Shown piece by piece: positions 12,796 through 28,288 of a stretch of 64,000 bases of DNA. How positions within the stretch are numbered: position 1 is the stretch's first letter; the number at the start of each line of letters is the position of its first letter. The translations under genes were made by a program, and so were the position numbers. The stretch is from Octopus sinensis (taxonomy: Eukaryota), in NCBI RefSeq assembly GCF_006345805.1, contig NC_043026.1, positions 10,168,001-10,232,000 of the forward strand. The letters run 5' to 3'. The notes below the pieces were generated by a model that saw only the letters and a list, made by a program, of their open reading frames with translations, searched no databases and was not told the origin of the DNA.

Positions 12796-13302
12796 CTAGC
12801 AGTATCGCCCGGCGTTGCTCGGGTTTGTAAGGGAAATAACTGTATAAGCATTTTTAGAGAGTTACTTCCCTTATAAATTCGGGCTTTCTTAGCCATTTTT
12901 GTTTTGGTGTCTTCAAGCCATGAAGTCGTTGTTCTAAAAGAACGCTGGTTTCCTTCACAACGCATTACGACGTTGATTTCTTTACACTCCCTTCCCCCAC
13001 AGCTTCACGAGGGAGGGAAGGGGGAGAAGCAAACAGGTGCAGCTGTGAGCGTGGACGCCAACTCCGCCGCCATCGACACACGATGCATTTTATGCATTAA
13101 AATGGAATAAAAAATGATGTTAAATTATTTTTAAAATCGTAGACTCATCGTTGACGCGCGCTAATAGTCAGACGGGCTTGATATGAATCACGACTATAAG
13201 ATACCCGAATTTGGTTAAACTGCACCGCAAAATGTGGGAGGAGTTAGGAATCTAAATCGAAGGGGACAGACACTCACACAACTAGAGTTTTATATATATA
13301 GA
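12796..13302 (-). mobile_element. Non-autonomous Helitron H1 (array copy)
   Basis: Copy of 6374-6880. Confidence 0.8.
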
Positions 13303-13572
13303 TGTATTTTATTCAAACATGAACAGGATATTTCTACAAAAACAGAAAGAGAGGGAAAAACATGTCTAGGTAATACCTTATTTTCATAGAATGATTTAAG
13401 GCAGATACCACGGATGAGTTAAAATATTTGGGCCAAGCTGGCAATGAATGGACCAATCAAGAGAGAAATAGAAAGGGCATTGTGAGTAGCGACGTATAAC
13501 AACATCCGAGACGATGATCAATACAGCCAGGTATAAATACTCACACAAACACAGAAAGACCTCCTAACAGCA

Positions 13573-13962
13573 GGTGGCGAACTGGCAGAATCGTTAGCAC
13601 GGCCGGCGAAATGCTTAGCGGTATTTCGTCTGTCGAGGTCGACTTTGCCTTTCATCCTTTCGGGGTCGATTAAATAAGTACCAGTTACCACTGGGGTCGA
13701 TATAATCGACTTAATCCGTTTGTCTGTCCTTGTTTGTCTTCTCTGTGTTTAGCCCCTTGTGGGTAGTAAAGAAATAGGTATTTCGTCTGTCGTTACGTTC
13801 TGAGTTCAAATTCCGCCGAGGTCGACTTTGCCTTTCATCCTTTCGGGGTCGATAAATTAAGTACCAGTTACGCACTGAGGTCGAAGCAATCGACTTAATA
13901 CCTATGTCTGTCTTTGTTTGTCCCCTCTGTGTTTAGCCCCTTGTGGATAATAAAGAAATAGG
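13573..13962 (+). mobile_element. SINE family A (array copy)
   Basis: Copy of 734-1124. Confidence 0.7.
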
Positions 13963-14726
13963 TATACTGTTGATTAAAGGGAGGTAAAGCAGAGCAGGTG
14001 CCCTCAGTATTTTGGTGAAAGGGTTAGGCATGCGCATTGAGCGTACTTCTTACTTCATGTTCATATCTGGTTTGAATGTCCTGGGCTTTGATTTCTCTTA
14101 ATCAACTGATTAATACGCTAATAATACTTATAATTCATTTTCCAACTACCAGATATATATATATATAACAATTCTATCCTTTGTGAAACATTTCCGTAAG
14201 TATTAAACAAGGAAAATATTCGTTGTTTTTGATTCTGTAGACTTTCGGTTTTTCGCGCGTCGATTCTTTGAGTCTGATTTGTGCGGGATTTGGCTGCTAT
14301 TTCTAGCGGAGAAAGCTATCTCGTACAATCTCCTTCGTTGCCAGGTCAGTTTGTAGTGTTTTAGTTTGAGAAATAGTCTGGAATACACTCCAACCACTGA
14401 AATGGTCAGAAAGCGGCATAACTACAGATGTGTACCCCATTGACTTTGTTGGCGGATAACTTTGAGAAAAAGGGATACTTTTAAACGAAATTTTCAAAAT
14501 ATATCGCTTAAATGCTGTATATTCAGAATATGTAGGGATTTATGGGAACGAATTTTCCCCCCTAATAACTTTCAGAAAAACGGGAATCTTTTAATGAAAG
14601 TTTATACCTTCGGAACGGCATGGATTACGATTATATGAAGAACTTTCTGGGGAAATTGTTTTCCAAGCGATGGGGACAAGAGTATCTGATCAAAAAAACA
14701 CATGTTGGGATTTCCTAGATCATATG

Positions 14727-15462
14727 AGCTTCATTTATTTCAAGCTAATGCATGTCCTTGGCAGTCACCGCCCATGTTTCTCTGCCATGTAGCATAGCTG
14801 TTCGCACACACGTGTCATACACTCTACCTTTCACTCTGAGTGAGAGGCCCTTTGTTACCGGCAGAGACAGGAGCTCTCTGAACTTTGCCGAGGCTATTCT
14901 TATTCTAGCAGCTACGCTCTCAGAGCACCCACCCTAACTGCTAAATTTGTCACCAAGGTAATGGAAGCTATTAGCTACTTCTAGTTTTTCCTCCTGGCTT
15001 GTGATGGAGGCTGTTCTCTGCTCATTTTCAGTGTTTATTGCCCCTGTGCATCTGCCACACACAATAACTATCTTCCCAGTTAACCTTCTTTTGATATTAC
15101 TGCACCACTTATGTATCGAAAGCTTACACTGGGTACATCTTATGGAGTTTCTGCCTGCACCTTTCCTACACATCGAGCAGGGCCATCTACCTGAAGGGAT
15201 TTGTGATTTGTCTGCCTTCCTACTTACTAAGACTTTGGCTTTTGCTAGGTTGACTCTAAGGCCCTTCGATTCTAGATCTTGCTTTCACACCTGAAACTTC
15301 TACAGTGGTACTTCTGGGAGTGACTCAGCTATTGGAGCAAGGTCATCAGCACAAAGGATCTCTCAGGGGCAGCCTGTCTTGAATTCCTATGTTATTTCCT
15401 GGAAGACTATGATAAATAAGAGGTGGCTGAGGACTGATCCTTGGTGGACCCCTACTCCTACC
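14727..15462 (-). mobile_element. RTE RT fragment (array copy)
   Basis: Copy of 1890-2625. Confidence 0.8.
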
Positions 15463-16452
15463 CAGTATAGTGATGATTTATTTACATATCTTGAGCATGC
15501 ACAGCAACACAAATTATGAGATTGGGAATAACTATTCACGAATCTCGTTTCGTGCATCAATAACTCTTCTGTTTTCTCATAAATGTTATTATTTTCATCT
15601 TACATAAAATACTTGTACAGTTTCCCTGTTATATTAAATATCTGTACATTTCTGTATTGGAAACATTTCTTATATTACATTCATTGTTTGCATGGAATCC
15701 TGGGATGTCACTTGTTGTCACTCCAGGTTTCAATCACAGAACACTTTCATGTTTTTGGGGGCAATTTACTTTCACTATTTTATAAGACTAAACTACATGT
15801 TAACCCAATTCTCTTTCCCCTTTTCACTTGAAAATGCAACATAACTTTCTTTTCAACCTGTTTCCATTTTTATCCAGAGACAAAAAAAACTAAACGAATC
15901 TTCAATCATTAGTAGAACTATGAAATTTACCCTGAAATTAAGATTACAGGGTGAACAGAAAATCATGGATATAAAATGATGTGATGTTAAATTTAATAAA
16001 TCCAAATATTCTGTTGTTAAGGGAAATGTTTATTTCTACAGTTTATCTCAATAGAAATGAATCTGTATTTTTTGAGTAGCCTCTACATCTTACACTGTTG
16101 TTTCTATCTGATTTCAGGACATCAGATGACATTGACATAACGGAAGGAACATCCTCAATATCTACCATGTTTTAAGGAATAAAGGAAATTATTATACAAG
16201 ACAGATGTATAGCATTGTTTCTAGAAATCTGTGGAAGAATTCCTGTGAAACATTTCTGAACATCACTGACTGAAGCATGAAGAAGAGTGGTTCCTGTTCT
16301 GATGAAACTTGGATAAATTTATGTAATTGCTGCTAGAGAAAGGTAACCCTGGACAGAAATACAGCTGTAGTAGGAGCATTAGTAAGGAATAAAGTGTAAG
16401 AAGAAAGCAGGAAAAATATTTAAACTGGGATTTGTGAGGAAAAAGAGTGGAA

Positions 16453-17691
16453 ATGAGTGAGAAAGGTATAGAACTGATTTCCTCTGAACCCATGACGAAA
16501 GAGGGAAGGAAATTGTCATACGAGTGTGATGTCTGTAAAAAGGTCTTTTCCCTAAAATGTAAGCTAATTTCTCACAAACGCATTCATACAAGAGAGAAAC
16601 CGTTTCATTGTGAGGTCTGTGGTAAATCTTTCACTTACAGTAGTTACGTAATTAGACACAAACGTAGTCATACAGGTGAGAAACCATATCGCTGTGATGT
16701 CTGTGGTAAATCATTCTCTCGGAGTGGTCATTTAGCTACACATATACGTATTCATACAGGTGAGAAACCATATCATTGTGATGTCTGTGGTAACTCATTC
16801 TCTGACAGTGGTCACTTAACTGATCACAAACGTATTCATACAGGAGAGAAACCGTATCATTGTGATATCTGTGGTAAATCATTCTCTCAGAGGAGTAACC
16901 TAACTTCACACAGACGTATTCATATGGGAGAAACACCATATCATTGTGATATTTGTGGTAAATCATTCTCTCAAAGTTATTCCTTAACATATCACAAACG
17001 TATTCATACAGGGGAGAAGCCATATCACTGTGACATCTGTGGTAAATCATTCTCTAAAAGTGAACCCTTAAGAAATCACAAGCGTATTCATACAGGAGAG
17101 AAGCCATATCGCTGTGACATCTGTGGTAAATCATTCTCTAACAGTAGTCACTTAACTAGACATAAACGTATTCATACAGGGGAGAAGCCATATCATTGTG
17201 ATATGTGTGGTAAATCATTCTCTCAAAGTTTTCAATTTACTTTACATAAACGTGTTCATACAGGAGAGAACCCATATCCTTGTGATATCTGTGGTAAATC
17301 ATTCTCTGGTAATTCATCGTTAGTTACTCACAAACGTATTCATACAGGGGAGAAGCCATTTCAATGTGATATCTGTGGTAAATCATTCTCTCGGAGTACT
17401 CACTTAACTAGACATAAGTATACCCATACAGGCGAGAACGCATGGAAGTGTGATATCTGTGGTAAATCATTCTCTCAAAATAGTGACTTAAGGATACACA
17501 TACGTACTCATACAGGAGAGAAACCGTATCATTGTGACATCTGTGGAAAGTCATTCTCTGACAATAGTGCCTTGATTTCGCACAAGCGTGTTCATACGAA
17601 GGAGAAGCCATATTGCTGTGATGTCTGTGGTAAATCATTCTCTAGAAGTGATCATTTAACTAAACACCGTCGTACCCATGGAAAAAAGTGA
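16453..17691 (+). CDS. C2H2 zinc-finger protein, 14 fingers (gene A, copy 3)
   Basis: Translation identical to copy 1. Confidence 0.93.
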   Translation: MSEKGIELISSEPMTKEGRKLSYECDVCKKVFSLKCKLISHKRIHTREKPFHCEVCGKSFTYSSYVIRHKRSHTGEKPYRCDVCGKSFSRSGHLATHIRIHTGEKPYHCDVCGNSFSDSGHLTDHKRIHTGEKPYHCDICGKSFSQRSNLTSHRRIHMGETPYHCDICGKSFSQSYSLTYHKRIHTGEKPYHCDICGKSFSKSEPLRNHKRIHTGEKPYRCDICGKSFSNSSHLTRHKRIHTGEKPYHCDMCGKSFSQSFQFTLHKRVHTGENPYPCDICGKSFSGNSSLVTHKRIHTGEKPFQCDICGKSFSRSTHLTRHKYTHTGENAWKCDICGKSFSQNSDLRIHIRTHTGEKPYHCDICGKSFSDNSALISHKRVHTKEKPYCCDVCGKSFSRSDHLTKHRRTHGKK

Positions 17692-18354
17692 CTGTATCAT
17701 TGTGATATCTGGTAAATCATTCTCCAAGAGTGCTTCGTCAACTACACACATATGTATTCATACTGGAGAGACACTATATCACTATGGTAAATAATTTATT
17801 TTCAGTGGGGCCATGATATTGCACAAACAGCACTAGCAACAGCCACGCCCAAATGTTGTTCTTTTTTACGTGCCACCGGCGCAAGTGCCAGTAAGGCGAC
17901 ACTGGTAACGATCACGCTCAAATGGTGCTTTTTACAAGGCTTAAATTCCTCACGAGAAATAACTACAAGACCCACACCAGGAATTCCATTCATCTCCCAG
18001 CTCAAAGAGGCAAGCCCCACCCTGTGCTTGACTCAAGGAGAAAAAGCAACCCCCAATATCAGCAGCGGGGCCTAATAGCATTTGCTGGTTTATCCCCACC
18101 TTATCATGTGGGTTCCTTACCCTTTTTATTAACATCAATTCACTCATCCATCCACAAACACTCTCCAAGCTTTCCTATCATTTATAAACTCTCTTGACTC
18201 TCTCACACCATCACTGCTAACCAGCAAAGCTTTCCTCACTCCATCCATCCACCCAGACTAAGGTCTGCCTCTGGTTCTGTTGCCTACCACCTCTGTCTTC
18301 ACCCCACCTTACCATATGCTCCTCATACATGTAGCCAAACCACCTCAAGATATA

Positions 18355-18460
<106 letters not shown>

Positions 18461-19210
18461 AACACACATGTATATATATATAATATATAAGTAATTGAGT
18501 GATACTACACACTGACTGGTCAGAATACAGTTTGCAAAACCTAGTAATCTGGAGCCTACACAGCTGTATTTAAGGCACAGATTTAATCATCTCGCTAAAG
18601 TCAAAAGTTGTGAAGCATGACTGTCACCACTACTACGTGAACCTGAAGATTGCAGAATTTAATGCATGAAAGTACTAATTCAATCACAATGAACATCTAA
18701 CATTCTATTATTTTATTTTATTTTTTATATTATATTATCTTATATTATATCATTATAAGATTGTAAATAAAACATGAAAACCAGACAAGGTTGGAATTCT
18801 TTTCATTAATATATATATATACACATACATATATATATATAAATATATATATTAACCCATGCTAGCATGGAAAACGGACGTTAAACGACGGTGATGAGGA
18901 GGAGGATTATATATATATATATATACATACATACACAAACACATATTTCAAGTGCCCTATATATCTTATTTACTGATCTGACAACCCTAGTTTTGACCCA
19001 TCTGCAACCAGAAAAAGGTTAAGAGGTCAATTCCTTCTCATTCACTGCCAGGTGCTGAGAGAAGAGAACAATATACCATTAATTTGATTGAGAATTAATA
19101 AAAACGTGGATTCGGTTTCAAATACGCTATGCTATACTGTAGCTGTTCGCTACCCATTCATACAATCACGTAATCATAAGTATACGAACATGTGTAGTTT
19201 GTATAAAATA

Positions 19211-19717
19211 CTAGCAGTATCGCCCGGCGTTGCTCGGGTTTGTAAGGGAAATAACTGTATAAGCATTTTTAGAGAGTTACTTCCCTTATAAATTCGGGCT
19301 TTCTTAGCCATTTTTGTTTTGGTGTCTTCAAGCCATGAAGTCGTTGTTCTAAAAGAACGCTGGTTTCCTTCACAACGCATTACGACGTTGATTTCTTTAC
19401 ACTCCCTTCCCCCACAGCTTCACGAGGGAGGGAAGGGGGAGAAGCAAACAGGTGCAGCTGTGAGCGTGGACGCCAACTCCGCCGCCATCGACACACGATG
19501 CATTTTATGCATTAAAATGGAATAAAAAATGATGTTAAATTATTTTTAAAATCGTAGACTCATCGTTGACGCGCGCTAATAGTCAGACGGGCTTGATATG
19601 AATCACGACTATAAGATACCCGAATTTGGTTAAACTGCACCGCAAAATGTGGGAGGAGTTAGGAATCTAAATCGAAGGGGACAGACACTCACACAACTAG
19701 AGTTTTATATATATAGA
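19211..19717 (-). mobile_element. Non-autonomous Helitron H1 (array copy)
   Basis: Copy of 6374-6880. Confidence 0.8.
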
Positions 19718-19987
19718 TGTATTTTATTCAAACATGAACAGGATATTTCTACAAAAACAGAAAGAGAGGGAAAAACATGTCTAGGTAATACCTTATTTTC
19801 ATAGAATGATTTAAGGCAGATACCACGGATGAGTTAAAATATTTGGGCCAAGCTGGCAATGAATGGACCAATCAAGAGAGAAATAGAAAGGGCATTGTGA
19901 GTAGCGACGTATAACAACATCCGAGACGATGATCAATACAGCCAGGTATAAATACTCACACAAACACAGAAAGACCTCCTAACAGCA

Positions 19988-20378
19988 GGTGGCGAACTGG
20001 CAGAATCGTTAGCACGGCCGGCGAAATGCTTAGCGGTATTTCGTCTGTCGAGGTCGACTTTGCCTTTCATCCTTTCGGGGTCGATTAAATAAGTACCAGT
20101 GTACCACTGGGGTCGATATAATCGACTTAATCCGTTTGTCTGTCCTTGTTTGTCTTCTCTGTGTTTAGCCCCTTGTGGGTAGTAAAGAAATAGGTATTTC
20201 GTCTGTCGTTACGTTCTGAGTTCAAATTCCGCCGAGGTCGACTTTGCCTTTCATCCTTTCGGGGTCGATAAATTAAGTACCAGTTACGCACTGAGGTCGA
20301 AGCAATCGACTTAATACCTATGTCTGTCTTTGTTTGTCCCCTCTGTGTTTAGCCCCTTGTGGATAATAAAGAAATAGG
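19988..20378 (+). mobile_element. SINE family A (array copy)
   Basis: Copy of 734-1124. Confidence 0.7.
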
Positions 20379-21140
20379 TATACTGTTGATTAAAGGGAGG
20401 TAAAGCAGAGCAGGTGCCCTCAGTATTTTGGTGAAAGGGTTAGGCATGCGCATTGAGCGTACTTCTTACTTCATGTTCATATCTGGTTTGAATGTCCTGG
20501 GCTTTGATTTCTCTTAATCAACTGATTAATACGCTAATAATACTTATAATTCATTTTCCAACTACCAGATATATATATATAACAATTCTATCCTTTGTGA
20601 AACATTTCCGTAAGTATTAAACAAGGAAAATATTCGTTGTTTTTGATTCTGTAGACTTTCGGTTTTTCGCGCGTCGATTCTTTGAGTCTGATTTGTGCGG
20701 GATTTGGCTGCTATTTCTAGCGGAGAAAGCTATCTCGTACAATCTCCTTCGTTGCCAGGTCAGTTTGTAGTGTTTTAGTTTGAGAAATAGTCTGGAATAC
20801 ACTCCAACCACTGAAATGGTCAGAAAGCGGCATAACTACAGATGTGTACCCCATTGACTTTGTTGGCGGATAACTTTGAGAAAAAGGGATACTTTTAAAC
20901 GAAATTTTCAAAATATATCGCTTAAATGCTGTATATTCAGAATATGTAGGGATTTATGGGAACGAATTTTCCCCCCTAATAACTTTCAGAAAAACGGGAA
21001 TCTTTTAATGAAAGTTTATACCTTCGGAACGGCATGGATTACGATTATATGAAGAACTTTCTGGGGAAATTGTTTTCCAAGCGATGGGGACAAGAGTATC
21101 TGATCAAAAAAACACATGTTGGGATTTCCTAGATCATATG

Positions 21141-21876
21141 AGCTTCATTTATTTCAAGCTAATGCATGTCCTTGGCAGTCACCGCCCATGTTTCTCTGCC
21201 ATGTAGCATAGCTGTTCGCACACACGTGTCATACACTCTACCTTTCACTCTGAGTGAGAGGCCCTTTGTTACCGGCAGAGACAGGAGCTCTCTGAACTTT
21301 GCCGAGGCTATTCTTATTCTAGCAGCTACGCTCTCAGAGCACCCACCCTAACTGCTAAATTTGTCACCAAGGTAATGGAAGCTATTAGCTACTTCTAGTT
21401 TTTCCTCCTGGCTTGTGATGGAGGCTGTTCTCTGCTCATTTTCAGTGTTTATTGCCCCTGTGCATCTGCCACACACAATAACTATCTTCCCAGTTAACCT
21501 TCTTTTGATATTACTGCACCACTTATGTATCGAAAGCTTACACTGGGTACATCTTATGGAGTTTCTGCCTGCACCTTTCCTACACATCGAGCAGGGCCAT
21601 CTACCTGAAGGGATTTGTGATTTGTCTGCCTTCCTACTTACTAAGACTTTGGCTTTTGCTAGGTTGACTCTAAGGCCCTTCGATTCTAGATCTTGCTTTC
21701 ACACCTGAAACTTCTACAGTGGTACTTCTGGGAGTGACTCAGCTATTGGAGCAAGGTCATCAGCACAAAGGATCTCTCAGGGGCAGCCTGTCTTGAATTC
21801 CTATGTTATTTCCTGGAAGACTATGATAAATAAGAGGTGGCTGAGGACTGATCCTTGGTGGACCCCTACTCCTACC
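21141..21876 (-). mobile_element. RTE RT fragment (array copy)
   Basis: Copy of 1890-2625. Confidence 0.8.
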
Positions 21877-22866
21877 CAGTATAGTGATGATTTATTTACA
21901 TATCTTGAGCATGCACAGCAACACAAATTATGAGATTGGGAATAACTATTCACGAATCTCGTTTCGTGCATCAATAACTCTTCTGTTTTCTCATAAATGT
22001 TATTATTTTCATCTTACATAAAATACTTGTACAGTTTCCCTGTTATATTAAATATCTGTACATTTCTGTATTGGAAACATTTCTTATATTACATTCATTG
22101 TTTGCATGGAATCCTGGGATGTCACTTGTTGTCACTCCAGGTTTCAATCACAGAACACTTTCATGTTTTTGGGGGCAATTTACTTTCACTATTTTATAAG
22201 ACTAAACTACATGTTAACCCAATTCTCTTTCCCCTTTTCACTTGAAAATGCAACATAACTTTCTTTTCAACCTGTTTCCATTTTTATCCAGAGACAAAAA
22301 AAACTAAACGAATCTTCAATCATTAGTAGAACTATGAAATTTACCCTGAAATTAAGATTACAGGGTGAACAGAAAATCATGGATATAAAATGATGTGATG
22401 TTAAATTTAATAAATCCAAATATTCTGTTGTTAAGGGAAATGTTTATTTCTACAGTTTATCTCAATAGAAATGAATCTGTATTTTTTGAGTAGCCTCTAC
22501 ATCTTACACTGTTGTTTCTATCTGATTTCAGGACATCAGATGACATTGACATAACGGAAGGAACATCCTCAATATCTACCATGTTTTAAGGAATAAAGGA
22601 AATTATTATACAAGACAGATGTATAGCATTGTTTCTAGAAATCTGTGGAAGAATTCCTGTGAAACATTTCTGAACATCACTGACTGAAGCATGAAGAAGA
22701 GTGGTTCCTGTTCTGATGAAACTTGGATAAATTTATGTAATTGCTGCTAGAGAAAGGTAACCCTGGACAGAAATACAGCTGTAGTAGGAGCATTAGTAAG
22801 GAATAAAGTGTAAGAAGAAAGCAGGAAAAATATTTAAACTGGGATTTGTGAGGAAAAAGAGTGGAA

Positions 22867-24105
22867 ATGAGTGAGAAAGGTATAGAACTGATTTCCTCTG
22901 AACCCATGACGAAAGAGGGAAGGAAATTGTCATACGAGTGTGATGTCTGTAAAAAGGTCTTTTCCCTAAAATGTAAGCTAATTTCTCACAAACGCATTCA
23001 TACAAGAGAGAAACCGTTTCATTGTGAGGTCTGTGGTAAATCTTTCACTTACAGTAGTTACGTAATTAGACACAAACGTAGTCATACAGGTGAGAAACCA
23101 TATCGCTGTGATGTCTGTGGTAAATCATTCTCTCGGAGTGGTCATTTAGCTACACATATACGTATTCATACAGGTGAGAAACCATATCATTGTGATGTCT
23201 GTGGTAACTCATTCTCTGACAGTGGTCACTTAACTGATCACAAACGTATTCATACAGGAGAGAAACCGTATCATTGTGATATCTGTGGTAAATCATTCTC
23301 TCAGAGGAGTAACCTAACTTCACACAGACGTATTCATATGGGAGAAACACCATATCATTGTGATATTTGTGGTAAATCATTCTCTCAAAGTTATTCCTTA
23401 ACATATCACAAACGTATTCATACAGGGGAGAAGCCATATCACTGTGACATCTGTGGTAAATCATTCTCTAAAAGTGAACCCTTAAGAAATCACAAGCGTA
23501 TTCATACAGGAGAGAAGCCATATCGCTGTGACATCTGTGGTAAATCATTCTCTAACAGTAGTCACTTAACTAGACATAAACGTATTCATACAGGGGAGAA
23601 GCCATATCATTGTGATATGTGTGGTAAATCATTCTCTCAAAGTTTTCAATTTACTTTACATAAACGTGTTCATACAGGAGAGAACCCATATCCTTGTGAT
23701 ATCTGTGGTAAATCATTCTCTGGTAATTCATCGTTAGTTACTCACAAACGTATTCATACAGGGGAGAAGCCATTTCAATGTGATATCTGTGGTAAATCAT
23801 TCTCTCGGAGTACTCACTTAACTAGACATAAGTATACCCATACAGGCGAGAACGCATGGAAGTGTGATATCTGTGGTAAATCATTCTCTCAAAATAGTGA
23901 CTTAAGGATACACATACGTACTCATACAGGAGAGAAACCGTATCATTGTGACATCTGTGGAAAGTCATTCTCTGACAATAGTGCCTTGATTTCGCACAAG
24001 CGTGTTCATACGAAGGAGAAGCCATATTGCTGTGATGTCTGTGGTAAATCATTCTCTAGAAGTGATCATTTAACTAAACACCGTCGTACCCATGGAAAAA
24101 AGTGA
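22867..24105 (+). CDS. C2H2 zinc-finger protein, 14 fingers (gene A, copy 4)
   Basis: Translation identical to copy 1. Confidence 0.93.
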   Translation: MSEKGIELISSEPMTKEGRKLSYECDVCKKVFSLKCKLISHKRIHTREKPFHCEVCGKSFTYSSYVIRHKRSHTGEKPYRCDVCGKSFSRSGHLATHIRIHTGEKPYHCDVCGNSFSDSGHLTDHKRIHTGEKPYHCDICGKSFSQRSNLTSHRRIHMGETPYHCDICGKSFSQSYSLTYHKRIHTGEKPYHCDICGKSFSKSEPLRNHKRIHTGEKPYRCDICGKSFSNSSHLTRHKRIHTGEKPYHCDMCGKSFSQSFQFTLHKRVHTGENPYPCDICGKSFSGNSSLVTHKRIHTGEKPFQCDICGKSFSRSTHLTRHKYTHTGENAWKCDICGKSFSQNSDLRIHIRTHTGEKPYHCDICGKSFSDNSALISHKRVHTKEKPYCCDVCGKSFSRSDHLTKHRRTHGKK

Positions 24106-24778
24106 CTGTATCATTGTGATATCTGGTAAATCATTCTCCAAGAGTGCTTCGTCAACTACACACATATGTATTCATACTGGAGAGACACTATATCACTATG
24201 GTAAATAATTTATTTTCAGTGGGGCCATGATATTGCACAAACAGCACTAGCAACAGCCACGCCCAAATGTTGTTCTTTTTTACGTGCCACCGGCGCAAGT
24301 GCCAGTAAGGCGACACTGGTAACGATCACGCTCAAATGGTGCTTTTTACAAGGCTTAAATTCCTCACGAGAAATAACTACAAGACCCACACCAGGAATTC
24401 CATTCATCTCCCAGCTCAAAGAGGCAAGCCCCACCCTGTGCTTGACTCAAGGAGAAAAAGCAACCCCCAATATCAGCAGCGGGGCCTAATAGCATTTGCT
24501 GGTTTATCCCCACCTTATCATGTGGGTTCCTTACCCTTTTTATTAACATCAATTCACTCATCCATCCACAAACACTCTCCAAGCTTTCCTATCATTTATA
24601 AACTCTCTTGACTCTCTCACACCATCACTGCTAACCAGCAAAGCTTTCCTCACTCCATCCATCCACCCAGACTAAGGTCTGCCTCTGGTTCTGTTGCCTA
24701 CCACCTCTGTCTTCACCCCACCTTACCATATGCTCCTCATACATGTAGCCAAACCACCTCAAGATATATGCATATATA

Positions 24779-24865
<87 letters not shown>

Positions 24866-25618
24866 AACACACATGTATATATATATATAATATATAAGTA
24901 ATTGAGTGATACTACACACTGACTGGTCAGAATACAGTTTGCAAAACCTAGTAATCTGGAGCCTACACAGCTGTATTTAAGGCACAGATTTAATCATCTC
25001 GCTAAAGTCAAAAGTTGTGAAGCATGACTGTCACCACTACTACGTGAACCTGAAGATTGCAGAATTTAATGCATGAAAGTACTAATTCAATCACAATGAA
25101 CATCTAACATTCTATTATTTTATTTTATTTTTTTATATTATATTATCTTATATTATATCATTATAAGATTGTAAATAAAACATGAAAACCAGACAAGGTT
25201 GGAATTCTTTTCATTAATATATATATATACACATACATATATATATATAAATATATATATTAACCCATGCTAGCATGGAAAACGGACGTTAAACGACGGT
25301 GATGAGGAGGAGGATTATATATATATATATATACATACATACACAAACACATATTTCAAGTGCCCTATATATCTTATTTACTGATCTGACAACCCTAGTT
25401 TTGACCCATCTGCAACCAGAAAAAGGTTAAGAGGTCAATTCCTTCTCATTCACTGCCAGGTGCTGAGAGAAGAGAACAATATACCATTAATTTGATTGAG
25501 AATTAATAAAAACGTGGATTCGGTTTCAAATACGCTATGCTATACTGTAGCTGTTCGCTACCCATTCATACAATCACGTAATCATAAGTATACGAACATG
25601 TGTAGTTTGTATAAAATA

Positions 25619-26125
25619 CTAGCAGTATCGCCCGGCGTTGCTCGGGTTTGTAAGGGAAATAACTGTATAAGCATTTTTAGAGAGTTACTTCCCTTATAAA
25701 TTCGGGCTTTCTTAGCCATTTTTGTTTTGGTGTCTTCAAGCCATGAAGTCGTTGTTCTAAAAGAACGCTGGTTTCCTTCACAACGCATTACGACGTTGAT
25801 TTCTTTACACTCCCTTCCCCCACAGCTTCACGAGGGAGGGAAGGGGGAGAAGCAAACAGGTGCAGCTGTGAGCGTGGACGCCAACTCCGCCGCCATCGAC
25901 ACACGATGCATTTTATGCATTAAAATGGAATAAAAAATGATGTTAAATTATTTTTAAAATCGTAGACTCATCGTTGACGCGCGCTAATAGTCAGACGGGC
26001 TTGATATGAATCACGACTATAAGATACCCGAATTTGGTTAAACTGCACCGCAAAATGTGGGAGGAGTTAGGAATCTAAATCGAAGGGGACAGACACTCAC
26101 ACAACTAGAGTTTTATATATATAGA
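25619..26125 (-). mobile_element. Non-autonomous Helitron H1 (array copy)
   Basis: Copy of 6374-6880. Confidence 0.8.
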
Positions 26126-26395
26126 TGTATTTTATTCAAACATGAACAGGATATTTCTACAAAAACAGAAAGAGAGGGAAAAACATGTCTAGGTAATACC
26201 TTATTTTCATAGAATGATTTAAGGCAGATACCACGGATGAGTTAAAATATTTGGGCCAAGCTGGCAATGAATGGACCAATCAAGAGAGAAATAGAAAGGG
26301 CATTGTGAGTAGCGACGTATAACAACATCCGAGACGATGATCAATACAGCCAGGTATAAATACTCACACAAACACAGAAAGACCTCCTAACAGCA

Positions 26396-26787
26396 GGTGG
26401 CGAACTGGCAGAATCGTTAGCACGGCCGGCGAAATGCTTAGCGGTATTTCGTCTGTCGAGGTCGACTTTGCCTTTCATCCTTTCGGGGTCGATTAAATAA
26501 GTACCAGTTATGCACTGGAGGTCGATATAATCGACTTAATCCGTTTGTCTGTCCTTGTTTGTCTTCTCTGTGTTTAGCCCCTTGTGGGTAGTAAAGAAAT
26601 AGGTATTTCGTCTGTCGTTACGTTCTGAGTTCAAATTCCGCCGAGGTCGACTTTGCCTTTCATCCTTTCGGGGTCGATAAATTAAGTACCAGTTACGCAC
26701 TGAGGTCGAAGCAATCGACTTAATACCTATGTCTGTCTTTGTTTGTCCCCTCTGTGTTTAGCCCCTTGTGGATAATAAAGAAATAGG
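26396..26787 (+). mobile_element. SINE family A (array copy)
   Basis: Copy of 734-1124. Confidence 0.7.
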
Positions 26788-27552
26788 TATACTGTTGATT
26801 AAAGGGAGGTAAAGCAGAGCAGGTGCCCTCAGTATTTTGGTGAAAGGGTTAGGCATGCGCATTGAGCGTACTTCTTACTTCATGTTCATATCTGGTTTGA
26901 ATGTCCTGGGCTTTGATTTCTCTTAATCAACTGATTAATACGCTAATAATACTTATAATTCATTTTCCAACTACCAGATATATATATATATAACAATTCT
27001 ATCCTTTGTGAAACATTTCCGTAAGTATTAAACAAGGAAAATATTCGTTGTTTTTGATTCTGTAGACTTTCGGTTTTTCGCGCGTCGATTCTTTGAGTCT
27101 GATTTGTGCGGGATTTGGCTGCTATTTCTAGCGGAGAAAGCTATCTCGTACAATCTCCTTCGTTGCCAGGTCAGTTTGTAGTGTTTTAGTTTGAGAAATA
27201 GTCTGGAATACACTCCAACCACTGAAATGGTCAGAAAGCGGCATAACTACAGATGTGTACCCCATTGACTTTGTTGGCGGATAACTTTGAGAAAAAGGGA
27301 TACTTTTAAACGAAATTTTCAAAATATATCGCTTAAATGCTGTATATTCAGAATATGTAGGGATTTATGGGAACGAATTTTCCCCCCTAATAACTTTCAG
27401 AAAAACGGGAATCTTTTAATGAAAGTTTATACCTTCGGAACGGCATGGATTACGATTATATGAAGAACTTTCTGGGGAAATTGTTTTCCAAGCGATGGGG
27501 ACAAGAGTATCAGATCAAAAAGAACACATGTTGGGATTTCCTAGATCATATG

Positions 27553-28288
27553 AGCTTCATTTCTTTCAAGCTAATGCATGTCCTTGGCAGTCACCGCCCA
27601 TGTTTCTCTGCCATGTAGCATAGCTGTTCGCACACACGTGTCATACACTCTACCTTTCACTCTGAGTGAGAGGCCCTTTGTTACCGGCAGAGACAGGAGC
27701 TCTCTGAACTTTGCCGAGGCTATTCTTATTCTAGCAGCTACGCTCTCAGAGCACCCACCCTAACTGCTAAATTTGTCACCAAGGTAATGGAAGCTATTAG
27801 CTACTTCTAGTTTTTCCTCCTGGCTTGTGATGGAGGCTGTTCTCTGCTCATTTTCAGTGTTTATTGCCCCTGTGCATCTGCCACACACAATAACTATCTT
27901 CCCAGTTAACCTTCTTTTGATATTACTGCACCACTTATGTATCGAAAGCTTACACTGGGTACATCTTATGGAGTTTCTGCCTGCACCTTTCCTACACATC
28001 GAGCAGGGCCATCTACCTGAAGGGATTTGTGATTTGTCTGCCTTCCTACTTACTAAGACTTTGGCTTTTGCTAGGTTGACTCTAAGGCCCTTCGATTCTA
28101 GATCTTGCTTTCACACCTGAAACTTCTACAGTGGTACTTCTGGGAGTGACTCAGCTATTGGAGCAAGGTCATCAGCACAAAGGATCTCTCAGGGGCAGCC
28201 TGTCTTGAATTCCTATGTTATTTCCTGGAAGACTATGATAAATAAGAGGTGGCTGAGGACTGATCCTTGGTGGACCCCTACTCCTACC
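27553..28288 (-). mobile_element. RTE RT fragment (array copy)
   Basis: Copy of 1890-2625. Confidence 0.8.
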